From assembly GCA_963765205.1 (NCBI GenBank), contig CAVXVB010000007.1:192001-256000 (forward strand): DNA of 64,000 nt, written 5' to 3'. The DNA is from an uncultured Verrucomicrobiae bacterium (GTDB lineage Bacteria; Verrucomicrobiota; Verrucomicrobiia; Opitutales; JABDGR01). This document shows positions 12,301-21,500 of this stretch, piece after piece; the stretch's first letter is position 1; each line of letters starts with the position of its first letter. Below the pieces are notes generated by a model. It had not been told where the DNA came from. It ran no database searches and was given only the letters and a program-made list of their open reading frames with translations. The translations under genes were made by a program, and so were the position numbers.

Positions 12301-14377
12301 CACCTATACGGCGGTCGCGTCCGGCGCGGGCGGCAACAGCATCAAAATCTCGTATGTCAACGGGGGCGCCAATAAAACCCTGGGCATTGATCCGGCTTCC
12401 AATGGGACGAACATCATTGTGGACTTGGGCACGAACTCCGAAGGCAGCGTGACTTCATCGGCCGCGCAGATTGTCAGCCTGATTGATAACACCGGGGCGT
12501 TCAGCAACCTCTCGCTCGTCAACACAGTGGTGCTGGCGCAGGATGCGGGCTCCGGCGCCGGCTTCGCCACCCCGATGGCGGCGACATCGCTGGCGGGCGG
12601 CGGGACGAACACGACGGCGGCCTTGACCACGGCCTTGGGGGTCAATGCCACCATGTCCGGCAATCCGCAGCTGCTCATCAACGGCAACTTCACCTATTTG
12701 GGGACGGCCACCAGCCTGAGCATGGGCTCGGGCAACGTCACGTTGAGCACCACGCCCAGCATCACGGTCAGCAACAATTCGCTGACCCTCGACGGCGTGA
12801 TCAGCGGGGCGGGCTTGGGCCTCACCAAGCTGGGGAATGGCACCTTGGTGCTGGGCGCGCAGAATACTTACAACGGCATTACCACGGTGGATGGCGGCAC
12901 GCTGGCCCTTGACTTCACGCAACCGGGCGCGCCGACGAACAATATTTTGAGCACGGCTTCGACCCTGGCGATGGGCGGCGGCGCCACGCTGGCCGTCATC
13001 GGCAATGGCACCGACACGCAAAGCGTGACGACGAACCCGCTGATTGGCGGCTCCAACCTCTCGCTGACGAATAACGCGACGGGGGTGCTGACCGTCAACT
13101 TGGGCACGATCACGCGCAGCCCCGGCGGCGCCGTCAACATTATCGCCCCGGGCATCGTGGACGACTTGGTGTTCGCGGCGAACACGACGAATTTCGCCGG
13201 CGCCAACGGCAACGGCATCAAGGTTGTTTTTGCCACGCCGACGGGTGCCAGCGACAATGTCACGGTGACCGGCTCCGGGAACAGCTCGACCATCACGGTG
13301 ACGCCGAAGGCGGGCGGGGACACTTTGGCCAACATCACGGCGGCGATTGAAGCCAGCGCCAACGCCACCGCGCTGGTGTCGGTGAGCAACGTGGGTCTGG
13401 GCAATGTCTCGACGACGGCCACCACCACGCTCAGTGGCGGCGCGGTGGGCGTGGCGGCGGGGAATACGACGGCTTTTGCGGCGGGTGACGTGGTCACGAC
13501 CGTCACCGGGTCGCAAGGCTTCCAGTTGGCCGACCCGAACACGGGGGCGCAGTTTGCCGTGGTTACGTTCCCGGTAAATTCCAACAACACCTTTGCCGGC
13601 ACGACGACGGACTTTGCGGCGATTGGCCCCGGCGGCACCATTGTGCCCTACAGCACGATTGGGACTTACTTTGGCGACAGCGCGGCGAACGCGACCTTGG
13701 TCGCCGTCGACGGCGAGCTGGCGCCGAGCGTGGGCAACCAACCGTTGATCAACACGGATATTCCCTCAACCTCGTCGGCCATCAATGTGACCAACAACTA
13801 CGCCATCAATTCGCTGCGCTTCAACCAGCCGAACGGGGCGCCGGGCAACGTCCTGAACATCAACGGCACCCTGGGCGTGAACGGCATCCTGGTCAGCGCG
13901 AATGTGGCGGGGGCGGGCGGGGCGGCACCGATCATCGGCGGGACGGGGAACCTGGAGGCGGCCAATCCGGGCGGTGAGCTGGCGATCTTCACCTATGGTA
14001 ATTTTGGCGCGGGAGTGTCGAGCCTGTTCATCAGCACGAACATCACCAATGACGTTCGCCGCGAGCAATCTGACCAAGGCGGGCACCGGGAACTTGAGCT
14101 TGAATGGCACGAACACCTTCACCGGCTCGTTCTATTCGGATGCGGGCAATGTGATCCTGAGCGCGCCGGGCGGCGGCACGAACAGCCTGGCGGCGGAAAA
14201 CGCGACCCTCAGCGTCAGCAACCAGGGCGGCTCTTTCCTGTTCGACTCCGCCATTCTCACGGCGAACATCGGCTCCCTGACGGGCAACGGCTCGGTGAAC
14301 CTGCAGGATATCGCCACGACCCCGAACGCGGTGACGCTCAATCTCGCGCCCTTGGCGAACACGAACAGCATCTTTAA
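6335..14377 (+). CDS. Giant beta-strand-repeat protein, fragment 2 (true frame ends ~14054; remainder is out-of-frame tail)
   Basis: Repeat-rich up to ...STNITND, then the composition changes abruptly to R/H/E-rich out-of-frame sequence. Confidence 0.85.
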   Translation: MSFGSLSAATLGGLTGNQNLALTNGTSAAVALTVGQNNGSTAYSGNLTGSGSLTKSGTGIFTLGGSGDSYSGGTTVTGGLINFNALAQFGSGALVLSGGGVQYTLGLTADVSSLIGATGLGAGNDTIDTNVNNETFGTALGGAGTLVKAGAGTLFLSRHDTYTGGTIITNGLIDFTSVASGSTNFGTGVITLAGGGLQYSVASTGTDVSPNITLGTGLDTIDTNGTTETFATSVPGTGTLVKAGAGTLILDAVEGYTGGTVINVGTLQLGNGAVNGSMNATLPSFSNIQDNAVLNFDEAGSTSFGGIISGTGNLTQVAANTLTLTGASTFDGTASILSGGTLTLGISTALQNATLSYTTTGGAFSFGSLPNAALGGLSGNQTLPLTNNGSAAVALTVGANGFNTTYSGILSGSGSLTKIGNGTLTLNPTGTNSYAGNTTVNGGTLDLASAGALSNAGTSALIVNNASVLNGLGGALSINNNQTWSGNLNYIGSFTFGNAATPSTLTLASNSTLNLSGNVLVYNVNPANATLAGAAGNNVSITYVKPGTANSAASLSVTGNAIVINLATDANDNVSSTANSILNLIGNSSVTNGTAAGNLVTVALGANSTGTGLLNASALASLTGGNATSNATLTSIFGTTTINDAIVQTGTPGETLAVTGAGNLTFGGNGTAAANLTSSINAPHLSVTGNEVITIGTGAVVNAGAPSNATNQGYNVFGFNPGDNVTLTLTGNGILNSGNVEVGLGNTGALQGVINSTLNIGGTSQLTANDLWIGEGSTGDSVSDFTTALVNQTGGTVILTGNSAGGGGLQLGGQFSYVLSSTNVTYNFSGGNLETTSIVAANVGTTGSVLFNFNGGILTALANSSIAGVNGATANTTFISGGALGVNSLVDNAGGAIINTNGFNITIAQNLTHNLTLGLTLDGGLTKVGAGTLTFPITQNDTYTGNTTLGNATTVGGTLNVSQDSALGGNPNATLIFGNTATLQLGSTFTLGQGRTVSIGSSLTGIIDTQTYTLNFGGNIVGHGSLEETGSGTLNLFGFNTYNGSTIINSGTLELNYASPGAPSTNMINGTSALVLNGGGTLLLQAIPVALTDTQNFSSTQINGGTGVATVTINGSAAASGPTVNLNFGPMSRTTGGVLELTEAGNGSLNFLTPSSAGLNAHDITDSDHTPFVVLSTANNGVDWGAYGNASTTGAPIVPLNQVNGYTLITSAANLSNVNSPTESVALSSPLQKFQLSSNVTMSDISYLTPQSVNPIIDINQIYAMAVGGVLVSNGIGNGNTAEIADGAITPVAAGGDLLVVQGQLGGSSGAGLIFTNTILANVGGQPTSLVKMGVGNLAVDGGPGFNGFTPFTGNTYLDQGFIQLSPVSTENGANGTTVNSFLENSELIFQGGSLNIPLNPSGFAQVGGIAGTQNIVILSDGTLALTPRAGVNAVLSGNINSLASAAQFSLIMAGPGSETLSGNNFIEGGIITLEGGTLKIGGAAIFGNGTTNTEDTLYLQGGSIDSLGFTSVVNNTTLTNTLNPIPISFVDPNNINPNGAVTYVGSTTGLTLGLNGNITLATSSSSATNTITVTNNTLTLAGVIGGNSEIVKAGPGALQLTGNNGNITGGVYFNGNILLTGGNLVVTNDLQLGLVPTLTGTTASSGNILIEGGALNANFAISGNRVIEVGNATLGNGTFNVSTNTSTVVSGYIEDVTGNTGGILQLEGNGTLVLNGGAANTYTGGTVLSSGILNIISTALSTAGTADGALGAAAAGVTFTGNATLQAGTTTDLNAARLVTVSPGVTGNLNTNGQALSIEGTITGTSINANLTTSFGTSNSNLILAVNGTNASLTGVNATAGDNVTIQYVKAANGTASTTAAVTGNVITVTLSDTANGVINATAANVLAAINANSSVAALITPSETSGSNGNGVVALLGTSNLSGAVLPGTLNEAGTGILTLNGSSNFTGGLTLNAGTLNIGNAQALGTGTLTINGGAFDNTIGANANITYTAVASGAGGNSIKISYVNGGANKTLGIDPASNGTNIIVDLGTNSEGSVTSSAAQIVSLIDNTGAFSNLSLVNTVVLAQDAGSGAGFATPMAATSLAGGGTNTTAALTTALGVNATMSGNPQLLINGNFTYLGTATSLSMGSGNVTLSTTPSITVSNNSLTLDGVISGAGLGLTKLGNGTLVLGAQNTYNGITTVDGGTLALDFTQPGAPTNNILSTASTLAMGGGATLAVIGNGTDTQSVTTNPLIGGSNLSLTNNATGVLTVNLGTITRSPGGAVNIIAPGIVDDLVFAANTTNFAGANGNGIKVVFATPTGASDNVTVTGSGNSSTITVTPKAGGDTLANITAAIEASANATALVSVSNVGLGNVSTTATTTLSGGAVGVAAGNTTAFAAGDVVTTVTGSQGFQLADPNTGAQFAVVTFPVNSNNTFAGTTTDFAAIGPGGTIVPYSTIGTYFGDSAANATLVAVDGELAPSVGNQPLINTDIPSTSSAINVTNNYAINSLRFNQPNGAPGNVLNINGTLGVNGILVSANVAGAGGAAPIIGGTGNLEAANPGGELAIFTYGNFGAGVSSLFISTNITNDVRREQSDQGGHRELELEWHEHLHRLVLFGCGQCDPERAGRRHEQPGGGKRDPQRQQPGRLFPVRLRHSHGEHRLPDGQRLGEPAGYRHDPERGDAQSRALGEHEQHL

Positions 14378-17300
14378 CGGCACGCTGACCGGCAACGGCG
14401 CGCTGACGATCAACGGTCCGGGCGAGCAAACCTTGTCCGGCACGAGCACTTACACGGGCGGGACGACGCTCACGGGCGGCACGCTGGCCATTGGCAGCGC
14501 GGGAGCCTTGGGCGGGGGCGGCTTGGTGATTAACGCGGGCAATCTGGACACCGTCGCGGGCAACACCACGGTGAGCCTGACGCCGGTCACCTTCGGCAAC
14601 CTCTACATCAACTTCCTCGGCACCGGCAACCTGGCCTTCGCCAACAGCAACAATCCGTTCCAGGTGGGCAACACCGACTTCAACGTCAACGTTGTCAAGA
14701 ACACGCTGACGATCGGCAATGCCACGAGCATCGTCTATACGGCGAAACCCGGGGTTTCGAGCGGCAACCTGTATGTCGCCTACGTCAACCCCGGCCCGAA
14801 CAATCCGACGGCGAATGTGACGGTGGCGCCCAACCCGGCGAACACCACGCAGACCAACGTCACCATCAATCTGGCGACGAACTCGAATGGTTCGATCATC
14901 AGCACCGCCTCGCAGATCTTGAATTTGATCAATTCGAACCTCACGGCCAATTCGGATCTGACGGTGGCCTTGGGCAGCGTCTACAACGACCCGAACGCCT
15001 ATTTGGGCGCGGTTGGGCCGGCCAACATCAACACGGGGGCGGGGCAGACCCAGTTCTTTGAGGGCGGCTTGGTGGGGTCGGGCAATCTGGCCCTGTCCGG
15101 CAATGGCACATTGTTCATGCAAGGCGGCAGCGTGGGCAGCAATGCGACGACCAGCTTCACGGGCAACTACTTTGTCGGCAATGGCTCGACCTTGGACATC
15201 AGCTCCAACACCTCGCTCGGCGCGAACCCCGGCGCGCTGGTCAATTACCTCAACATGGTGAATGGCTCGACGCTGGAAACCACGGGGAACACAACGCTGG
15301 CCGGGAACCAGAGCTTCAACGTTCTCAACGGCGCCAATGTCACGATTGACACGATTGGCAACGCCTCGAACCTCACGATCACCTATTGGGCGGGCAACGG
15401 CAACATCATCAAGACCGGGTCGGGCAATTTGACGTCCGCCATCGGCGGCAATGAAGGCACGACCGCAAACACGTCCTCCTTCTCCGGCAACATCATTGTG
15501 CAGCAGGGCTTCCTGATTTCGCCGAACTCCTCCGCCGCGCCCTTCGGCTCGCCGAACGTGAACGTCGTGCTGGAAGGCGCGGGCGGCGGCTTGTGGTATA
15601 ACGGCAGCGGCCAGACCTACGCCAACAACATCATCCTGGAGCCGAACCCGAACGGCGGCAGCAATTTCTCGACGATCATTCCCGTGAACTTCGCGAACAA
15701 CGGCACCACGGCGACGACGAACAACAACATCAACTCCGTCGTCTCGAGGACCAACAGCTCGGTGGTGCTGGAAGTTCTGTTCCCGACGGCGAACAACCTC
15801 ATCTCCTTTGAAGCAGGCACCAACTTTGTCGGCTACAACGGCACGGTGCTCTTCTCGGTCAGCTCGGGGAACGCCGGGGAAATCCGCCTCTTCTCCACGG
15901 TGGAGAGCGGCGGGCAGATTGCGAACGCCGGCAACGGCAGCATCACGGGCGTCCCGGCGGGGGTCACGATGAATTTCACCACGGGCTTGCTGAGCAACGG
16001 CGCGATCCCCCAGTTTACCAACGCCCCTCTTTCCCCGTCGGCGATTTATGATTTTGGCAACGCCACCCTGCTGCCCGGCGGCGCCGGCTTCACTTTGATC
16101 GAGCGCGATGCCTCGACGCAGGGGCACTTCGACGAAGCCACCATCTACATGGGGGACCTGAACGGCGGCACTTCCGCAACCACCATTGGCGATCCCAATG
16201 GGACCGCCGAGCCCGGCTTCCTGGTGACGGGAATGCTCAATCTCAACAGCACTTGGAATGGCGTCATCGAAGACGCGGGGGGCGGCAACGGCTACAACAT
16301 CACCAAAACGGGCACCGGCACCTGGACGTGGACGAACTCGCAGCTCAATTCGGGGCTGACGACGATCCAGGGGGGCACGCTGCAAATCGGCAACGGCGGC
16401 CTGACCGGCGCGCTGGGCTTCAATGCCACGAGCGCCAATGTTTACAGCACGGTGCTGGACAACGCGAACCTCAGCTTTGACTACGGCGGCAACCAGAATG
16501 TGCAGAATCCGATCACCGGCCCCGGCACGGTGCAGCAGATCGGCACCGGCATCCTGACGCTCAACGGCAACAACACCTACACCGGCACGACGATCATGAC
16601 CACGGGCACGATTCAGACGAGCTTGATTGCCAACGCCTATGTGCCCAGCCCCATTGGCGCCAGCTCGACGCTGACCGCCGGCCTCCTCTTCAACGGCGGC
16701 ACGTTGCAATACGTGGGCAATGGCACCACCAGCGACCGCCTCTTCACCATTTCGCCGAACGGCGGCTTCTTCGACGCCTCGGGTGTCAGCGGCAATTTGA
16801 CGGGCAATGTGACGAACGGCACCATTTCGATCTTGTCGGGCGGCACGGCGGCCGGCGGCGGCGCACCGGCGGCCCTGGCCACCAACACGACCAGCTTCGC
16901 GGGTGAGACGCTGTATTACACGGGCGCAGCGGCCGGCACGGCGGACAACGGCGTGGCCATCTCCTATGTGCAAGGGACTGGCGCGAACACGACGGTGGGG
17001 GTGAGCGGCAGCAACATCACGGTGACCTTGAAGGCCGGCGGCGACACGGGCAATGACGTGGCGGCGGCCATCAACAGCAACCCGCAGGCGAACGCGCTGG
17101 TCTATGCCTATAGCGGCGCGCTGGTCATGACCAACCCCGGCAATATCGGCGTCAGCGGGCTGGGCGTGGCGGAGAACCTGACGCTGACGGGCAATGGCAC
17201 CGGCGACATGTATCCCAACATTGTGGATGACGGCGCGGGCCAGACCTCGATCTTCAAGACCGGCACCGGCACGTGGACGCTGGACGGCAACCAGACCTAT

Positions 17301-18521
17301 TCCGGCCTGACCACGGTTTCCAACGGCATTCTCCAGATCAATGGGACCTTGGTGAACTCGAACGTCCTGGTCACGGGCAACGGCAACTTGAGCAACATCA
17401 ACAACAACGGCGTGATCAGCCAAAATGTGACGGTGCAGAACGGCGGCATGATCACCCCGGGCAACGGGGTGATCGGCATCCTGACGGCGGGCAACGTCAC
17501 CTTGAATGGCGGCGGCATTTTCAATGTGGAGGTCAATCCGGTCGGCGGCAACCTCACCTATGCGGGGACTTCGCTCAACACCAGCCTGCTCGAATTCACC
17601 CACAACCTGACGATTGCCGGCGGTAGTTTTGAATTTAGCGTGCTGGGCACCGGCGCGCCCTTCACGACGCCCGGCACCTATGCGATGTTCGAGCTGGGCC
17701 CCAACGCGACGATTGTCGGCGGCGCAGGCAGCTTCAACAACTTGAACTGGCAGGGCGCCCCGGTGGGCTTCACCTTCAGTCTGGCGCCGCTGGCCGGAGG
17801 GAATTCCGACATTTACGCGGCGACCGTGGCGTTTACGCCCAGCCAGGGTTTCTGGACGGCGAACACGACCTCGAGTGGCAATTGGAGCGTCAACGCCAAC
17901 TGGGATGGCAACAACAGCGTGGTGCCCAACGCGGCCGGCGCGCAAGCGGTGTTCCCGGCCATCCAATCCGGCCCTTACTCGGTGATTGTGGACGGCAACT
18001 TTACGATCGGCAACCTGACGCTCTCCGGGGCGAATGCCTACACCCTCAACACGGCCAATGGCACCCAGTCGCTGACGATGAACAACAGCGGCAACCAAGC
18101 GATCCTCTTCATCGCGGGGGGCAACCACACGGTCAATGTGCCGCTGGTTTTGGCGGCGAACATCGGCATGAATATTGATGCCGCCTCCGGCACGGGCGTG
18201 ACGTTGAACAGTCCCATTTCGGATGCGAACGGCACCGTCCACGGGAACATCACCCTGGGCGGCGCGGGCAACGTGAGCCTGTTTGGGAACAGCACTTACT
18301 CGGGCACGACGGCGCTGAACGCGGGCACGACAATCGTCAACAACGCGAACAGCCTGGGCGTGGGCGGCAATATTGTGCTGGGCGGCGGCTTGTTGGAATG
18401 GGCTTCCACGACCAATGGATTCGCGTCCAACGCCACGGGTGACATCTCGATGAATGGCAGCGTGAGCCGCAACATCACCATCGTGGGCGGCAATGCCACG
18501 TTTGACGTGCCGCCGGGCTGA
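13902..18521 (+). CDS. Giant beta-strand-repeat protein, fragment 3 (true frame starts ~14055)
   Basis: From FAASNLTKAGTGNLSLNGTNTFTG onward the sequence is typical repeat; the first ~50 aa are out of frame. Confidence 0.85.
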   Translation: MWRGRAGRHRSSAGRGTWRRPIRAVSWRSSPMVILARECRACSSARTSPMTFAASNLTKAGTGNLSLNGTNTFTGSFYSDAGNVILSAPGGGTNSLAAENATLSVSNQGGSFLFDSAILTANIGSLTGNGSVNLQDIATTPNAVTLNLAPLANTNSIFNGTLTGNGALTINGPGEQTLSGTSTYTGGTTLTGGTLAIGSAGALGGGGLVINAGNLDTVAGNTTVSLTPVTFGNLYINFLGTGNLAFANSNNPFQVGNTDFNVNVVKNTLTIGNATSIVYTAKPGVSSGNLYVAYVNPGPNNPTANVTVAPNPANTTQTNVTINLATNSNGSIISTASQILNLINSNLTANSDLTVALGSVYNDPNAYLGAVGPANINTGAGQTQFFEGGLVGSGNLALSGNGTLFMQGGSVGSNATTSFTGNYFVGNGSTLDISSNTSLGANPGALVNYLNMVNGSTLETTGNTTLAGNQSFNVLNGANVTIDTIGNASNLTITYWAGNGNIIKTGSGNLTSAIGGNEGTTANTSSFSGNIIVQQGFLISPNSSAAPFGSPNVNVVLEGAGGGLWYNGSGQTYANNIILEPNPNGGSNFSTIIPVNFANNGTTATTNNNINSVVSRTNSSVVLEVLFPTANNLISFEAGTNFVGYNGTVLFSVSSGNAGEIRLFSTVESGGQIANAGNGSITGVPAGVTMNFTTGLLSNGAIPQFTNAPLSPSAIYDFGNATLLPGGAGFTLIERDASTQGHFDEATIYMGDLNGGTSATTIGDPNGTAEPGFLVTGMLNLNSTWNGVIEDAGGGNGYNITKTGTGTWTWTNSQLNSGLTTIQGGTLQIGNGGLTGALGFNATSANVYSTVLDNANLSFDYGGNQNVQNPITGPGTVQQIGTGILTLNGNNTYTGTTIMTTGTIQTSLIANAYVPSPIGASSTLTAGLLFNGGTLQYVGNGTTSDRLFTISPNGGFFDASGVSGNLTGNVTNGTISILSGGTAAGGGAPAALATNTTSFAGETLYYTGAAAGTADNGVAISYVQGTGANTTVGVSGSNITVTLKAGGDTGNDVAAAINSNPQANALVYAYSGALVMTNPGNIGVSGLGVAENLTLTGNGTGDMYPNIVDDGAGQTSIFKTGTGTWTLDGNQTYSGLTTVSNGILQINGTLVNSNVLVTGNGNLSNINNNGVISQNVTVQNGGMITPGNGVIGILTAGNVTLNGGGIFNVEVNPVGGNLTYAGTSLNTSLLEFTHNLTIAGGSFEFSVLGTGAPFTTPGTYAMFELGPNATIVGGAGSFNNLNWQGAPVGFTFSLAPLAGGNSDIYAATVAFTPSQGFWTANTTSSGNWSVNANWDGNNSVVPNAAGAQAVFPAIQSGPYSVIVDGNFTIGNLTLSGANAYTLNTANGTQSLTMNNSGNQAILFIAGGNHTVNVPLVLAANIGMNIDAASGTGVTLNSPISDANGTVHGNITLGGAGNVSLFGNSTYSGTTALNAGTTIVNNANSLGVGGNIVLGGGLLEWASTTNGFASNATGDISMNGSVSRNITIVGGNATFDVPPG

Positions 18522-18523
18522 CG

Positions 18524-21500
18524 GTGACACTGGCGGGCAACATCGGCGATGGGTCCGTGGGCAACGTGACCATGACCGGCGGCGGCGTGCTGGCGCTGGG
18601 CGGCCTGAACGCGAGCAGTTCCAACGGCTACGTGGGCAACACAATTCTCAGCCAGGGCCTCATCCAGTTCTCGGCTTTGACGAACCTGGGCTTGGGCAAT
18701 ATCATCATGAATGGCGGCGGTTTGCAATGGGCGCCGGGAACGGCGACCGATGCGTCGCAGTTCAACATCTTCCTCACGGGCAATGGCATTTTCGACACGA
18801 ACGGCAATAATGTCACGCTGGCCAACCCGGTTGGCCGCGGCGGTTCCGGCAGTTTGACCAAGGTCGGCAACGGGGTATTGACCTTGGCGGCAGGGAGCAA
18901 CTCCGGCAACATCACGGGCAGCGTCATCCTTGACGCCGGCACCACGACGCTGGGCTTCGCGGGGAATACGACCAATAACGGCACCCTGACGACCACGGCG
19001 GTGATCCCCGGGACGACGGAGAATGGCGTCACCCTCAATTATATCGCCGGCAGCGGCAACACCACGACGGTCAGCAGCGTGGTGGGCACCGGCAATAGCA
19101 GCGTTGTCACGGTGACCCTGGCCGCCGGGGGCGACTCGACAACGGACATCGAGAATGCGATTCTCGCCAACAGCACCGCATCCCAGTTGGTGAGTGTGGG
19201 CGGCACCGGCAATGTGACGGGCGGCACGGTGACGCTGGGCAACGGCACGGGGATATTGAGCGGCATCGGCATCACGAATGACTTGCAATTGGGCACGGTG
19301 CCGACGACGTTCAACCCGATTTCGGTGATTTTGAACGGCGGCGCGCTGGTCGTCAACGGGAACGTCACCATTGCCGGCACGCGCGGGATCGCCCTCGGCA
19401 ATGGCTCGGCGGGGGTGTCCGGCGGCGCTTTTTACATTCCGGTCGGCGACGTGCTGACGGTTAACCCCATCATCAGCAACTACGGCAACAGCTCCGGCCA
19501 ATTGGTGATCGAAGGCGGCGGCTCATTTGTCGTCGGCACCAACGCCGCCAACGCTTACACCGGTGGCACGCTGCTGATTAATTCCATCATCAACCTCACC
19601 AACCTGGCCTCCAGCGACGTGGGCACGAGCGCCGCACTCAGCACCGGGACGATTGAAGTTAAAGGCACCTCGACGATCAATGCGGGCAATGGCATTCACG
19701 GTTTGAACAGCCAAAATCTGCAGATTGACCCCGGCGCGACCGTGACCTTGATCAGCGGCGGCAAACAATTCAGCGGGATCAACGTGACCGGCTCGGGCAA
19801 CTATGTTTTCGACGGCAGCAACGTCGTCGAATACACGGGCACGGCCGGGAGCTTCACCGGGAATGTGTTTCTTAACGGCGTATTCGAATGGGAGCCGCAA
19901 ACCGGCCAAGGCGGCAGTTTCACCAATGCCACCGTCTATCTCGATGCGGGCGTGCAATTCGCCCCGCGTGACAATGGCAACGGCACCGTCTGGAACATGG
20001 GCGCCTTGAACGCCGCGCCGGGCGCCAATCTTACCTCGGTCCTGGTCGCGTCCACCAATTCCGGGAATGTGACTTACAATATCGGCCTGCCGAACACGAC
20101 CTCGACATTCTCCGGCAACATCGAGAACTCCTTCGGCGCCAACATATCCTCGAACACGGGCAATGTCACCTCCATCAACATTGTCGCCGGCCGGTTCATC
20201 TTTGACGGCACGGACAGCGCCTTCCTCGGCACGACGACCATCAACCCGGGTGCGGTGCTGCAAATTGGCGACAATTCCGTCGCGGCGTTGGGCATGGGGA
20301 ACCATACGGCGGGCAACATGCACGACAACGGCTTGCTGGTGCTGGCCATGAACACCACGGGTAACATCACCGAGACGGCCATCCTGAGCATGAATGGCGG
20401 CGCCTCGAATGGGGCCGGGGTCACGGCCACGTCGGCGGGTCTGGCGTCCGACATCGAAGGCAACGGCAGCGTGCAGGACCTGATTGCCGGGAATTTGGTG
20501 ATGAACCAAAACAACGATTCCTACACCGGGTCCACCGAAATTGACGGCGGCACCATGAGTGTGGCGTTCCTGGCCAATGGGGGGCAGAACAGCGGCATCG
20601 GCGCCGGCAGCGCGAACGCCAGCAGTTTGGTGCTCAATGGGGGCACCCTCGCCTATACAGGCAGCTCGACCACGTCACCGGCCGGCGTCACGACGGATCG
20701 CCTCTTTACCATCGGCAATGCCACGAGTGACCTCGGCGGCGACATTGTGGCGGACGGCACGGGCGCCAATGGCGCGCTGAACTTCAGCTCGACGGGGAAC
20801 ATCGTGGCCACGGCCACGACGACTTCGCCGACGCTGAGCTTCGACGGCAATTTCGATGGCATCAACAACTTCGCGCCGACCATTACCGACGTGAACACGA
20901 CGGTTCCCACGAACGTCAGCATCGTGGGGAGCACCTCGTGGAACTTCAATGGCACCAACACCTACACGGGCGCGACGAATATTCTGAACGGCAATTTGGC
21001 GGTGACGGGGCCCTTCATGACCTCGAGCGTGGTGAACGTGAATGGCGGCAACCTGGTCTCCAACAGCACCATCCAGGGGACGGTCAACTTGATGAATGGC
21101 AACTTGATGCCGGGCTTTAATGTGGTGACGGACAGCACCGGCGGCCAGGCGCCCATCGGCGGCCCGCTGAATACGGGCGGCGTGCTCACGCCCAACAACT
21201 TGAACGTGAATGCGATGAATGTGACGGGTGGCATCATTGACATCACGTTCAATGGGGCGGGGGGGAACACCCAAATCAGAACCGTGGACATGTTCAATTC
21301 CATCAATGTCGGCGCCGCGAACGGCCTGACACTGGGGAATGGGACAACCTTCAACTTCTACACGTTCAACCCCAATGCCACGGTGAGCGTCAACCTGGGC
21401 ACGCCATGGTCCACCACCGGGTTCTACAACTTGTTCGAATACACGGGCACGGCGGGCGGCGTGTATGGCCTGAACCCGAACCTGCTGAATTCCTCGAACG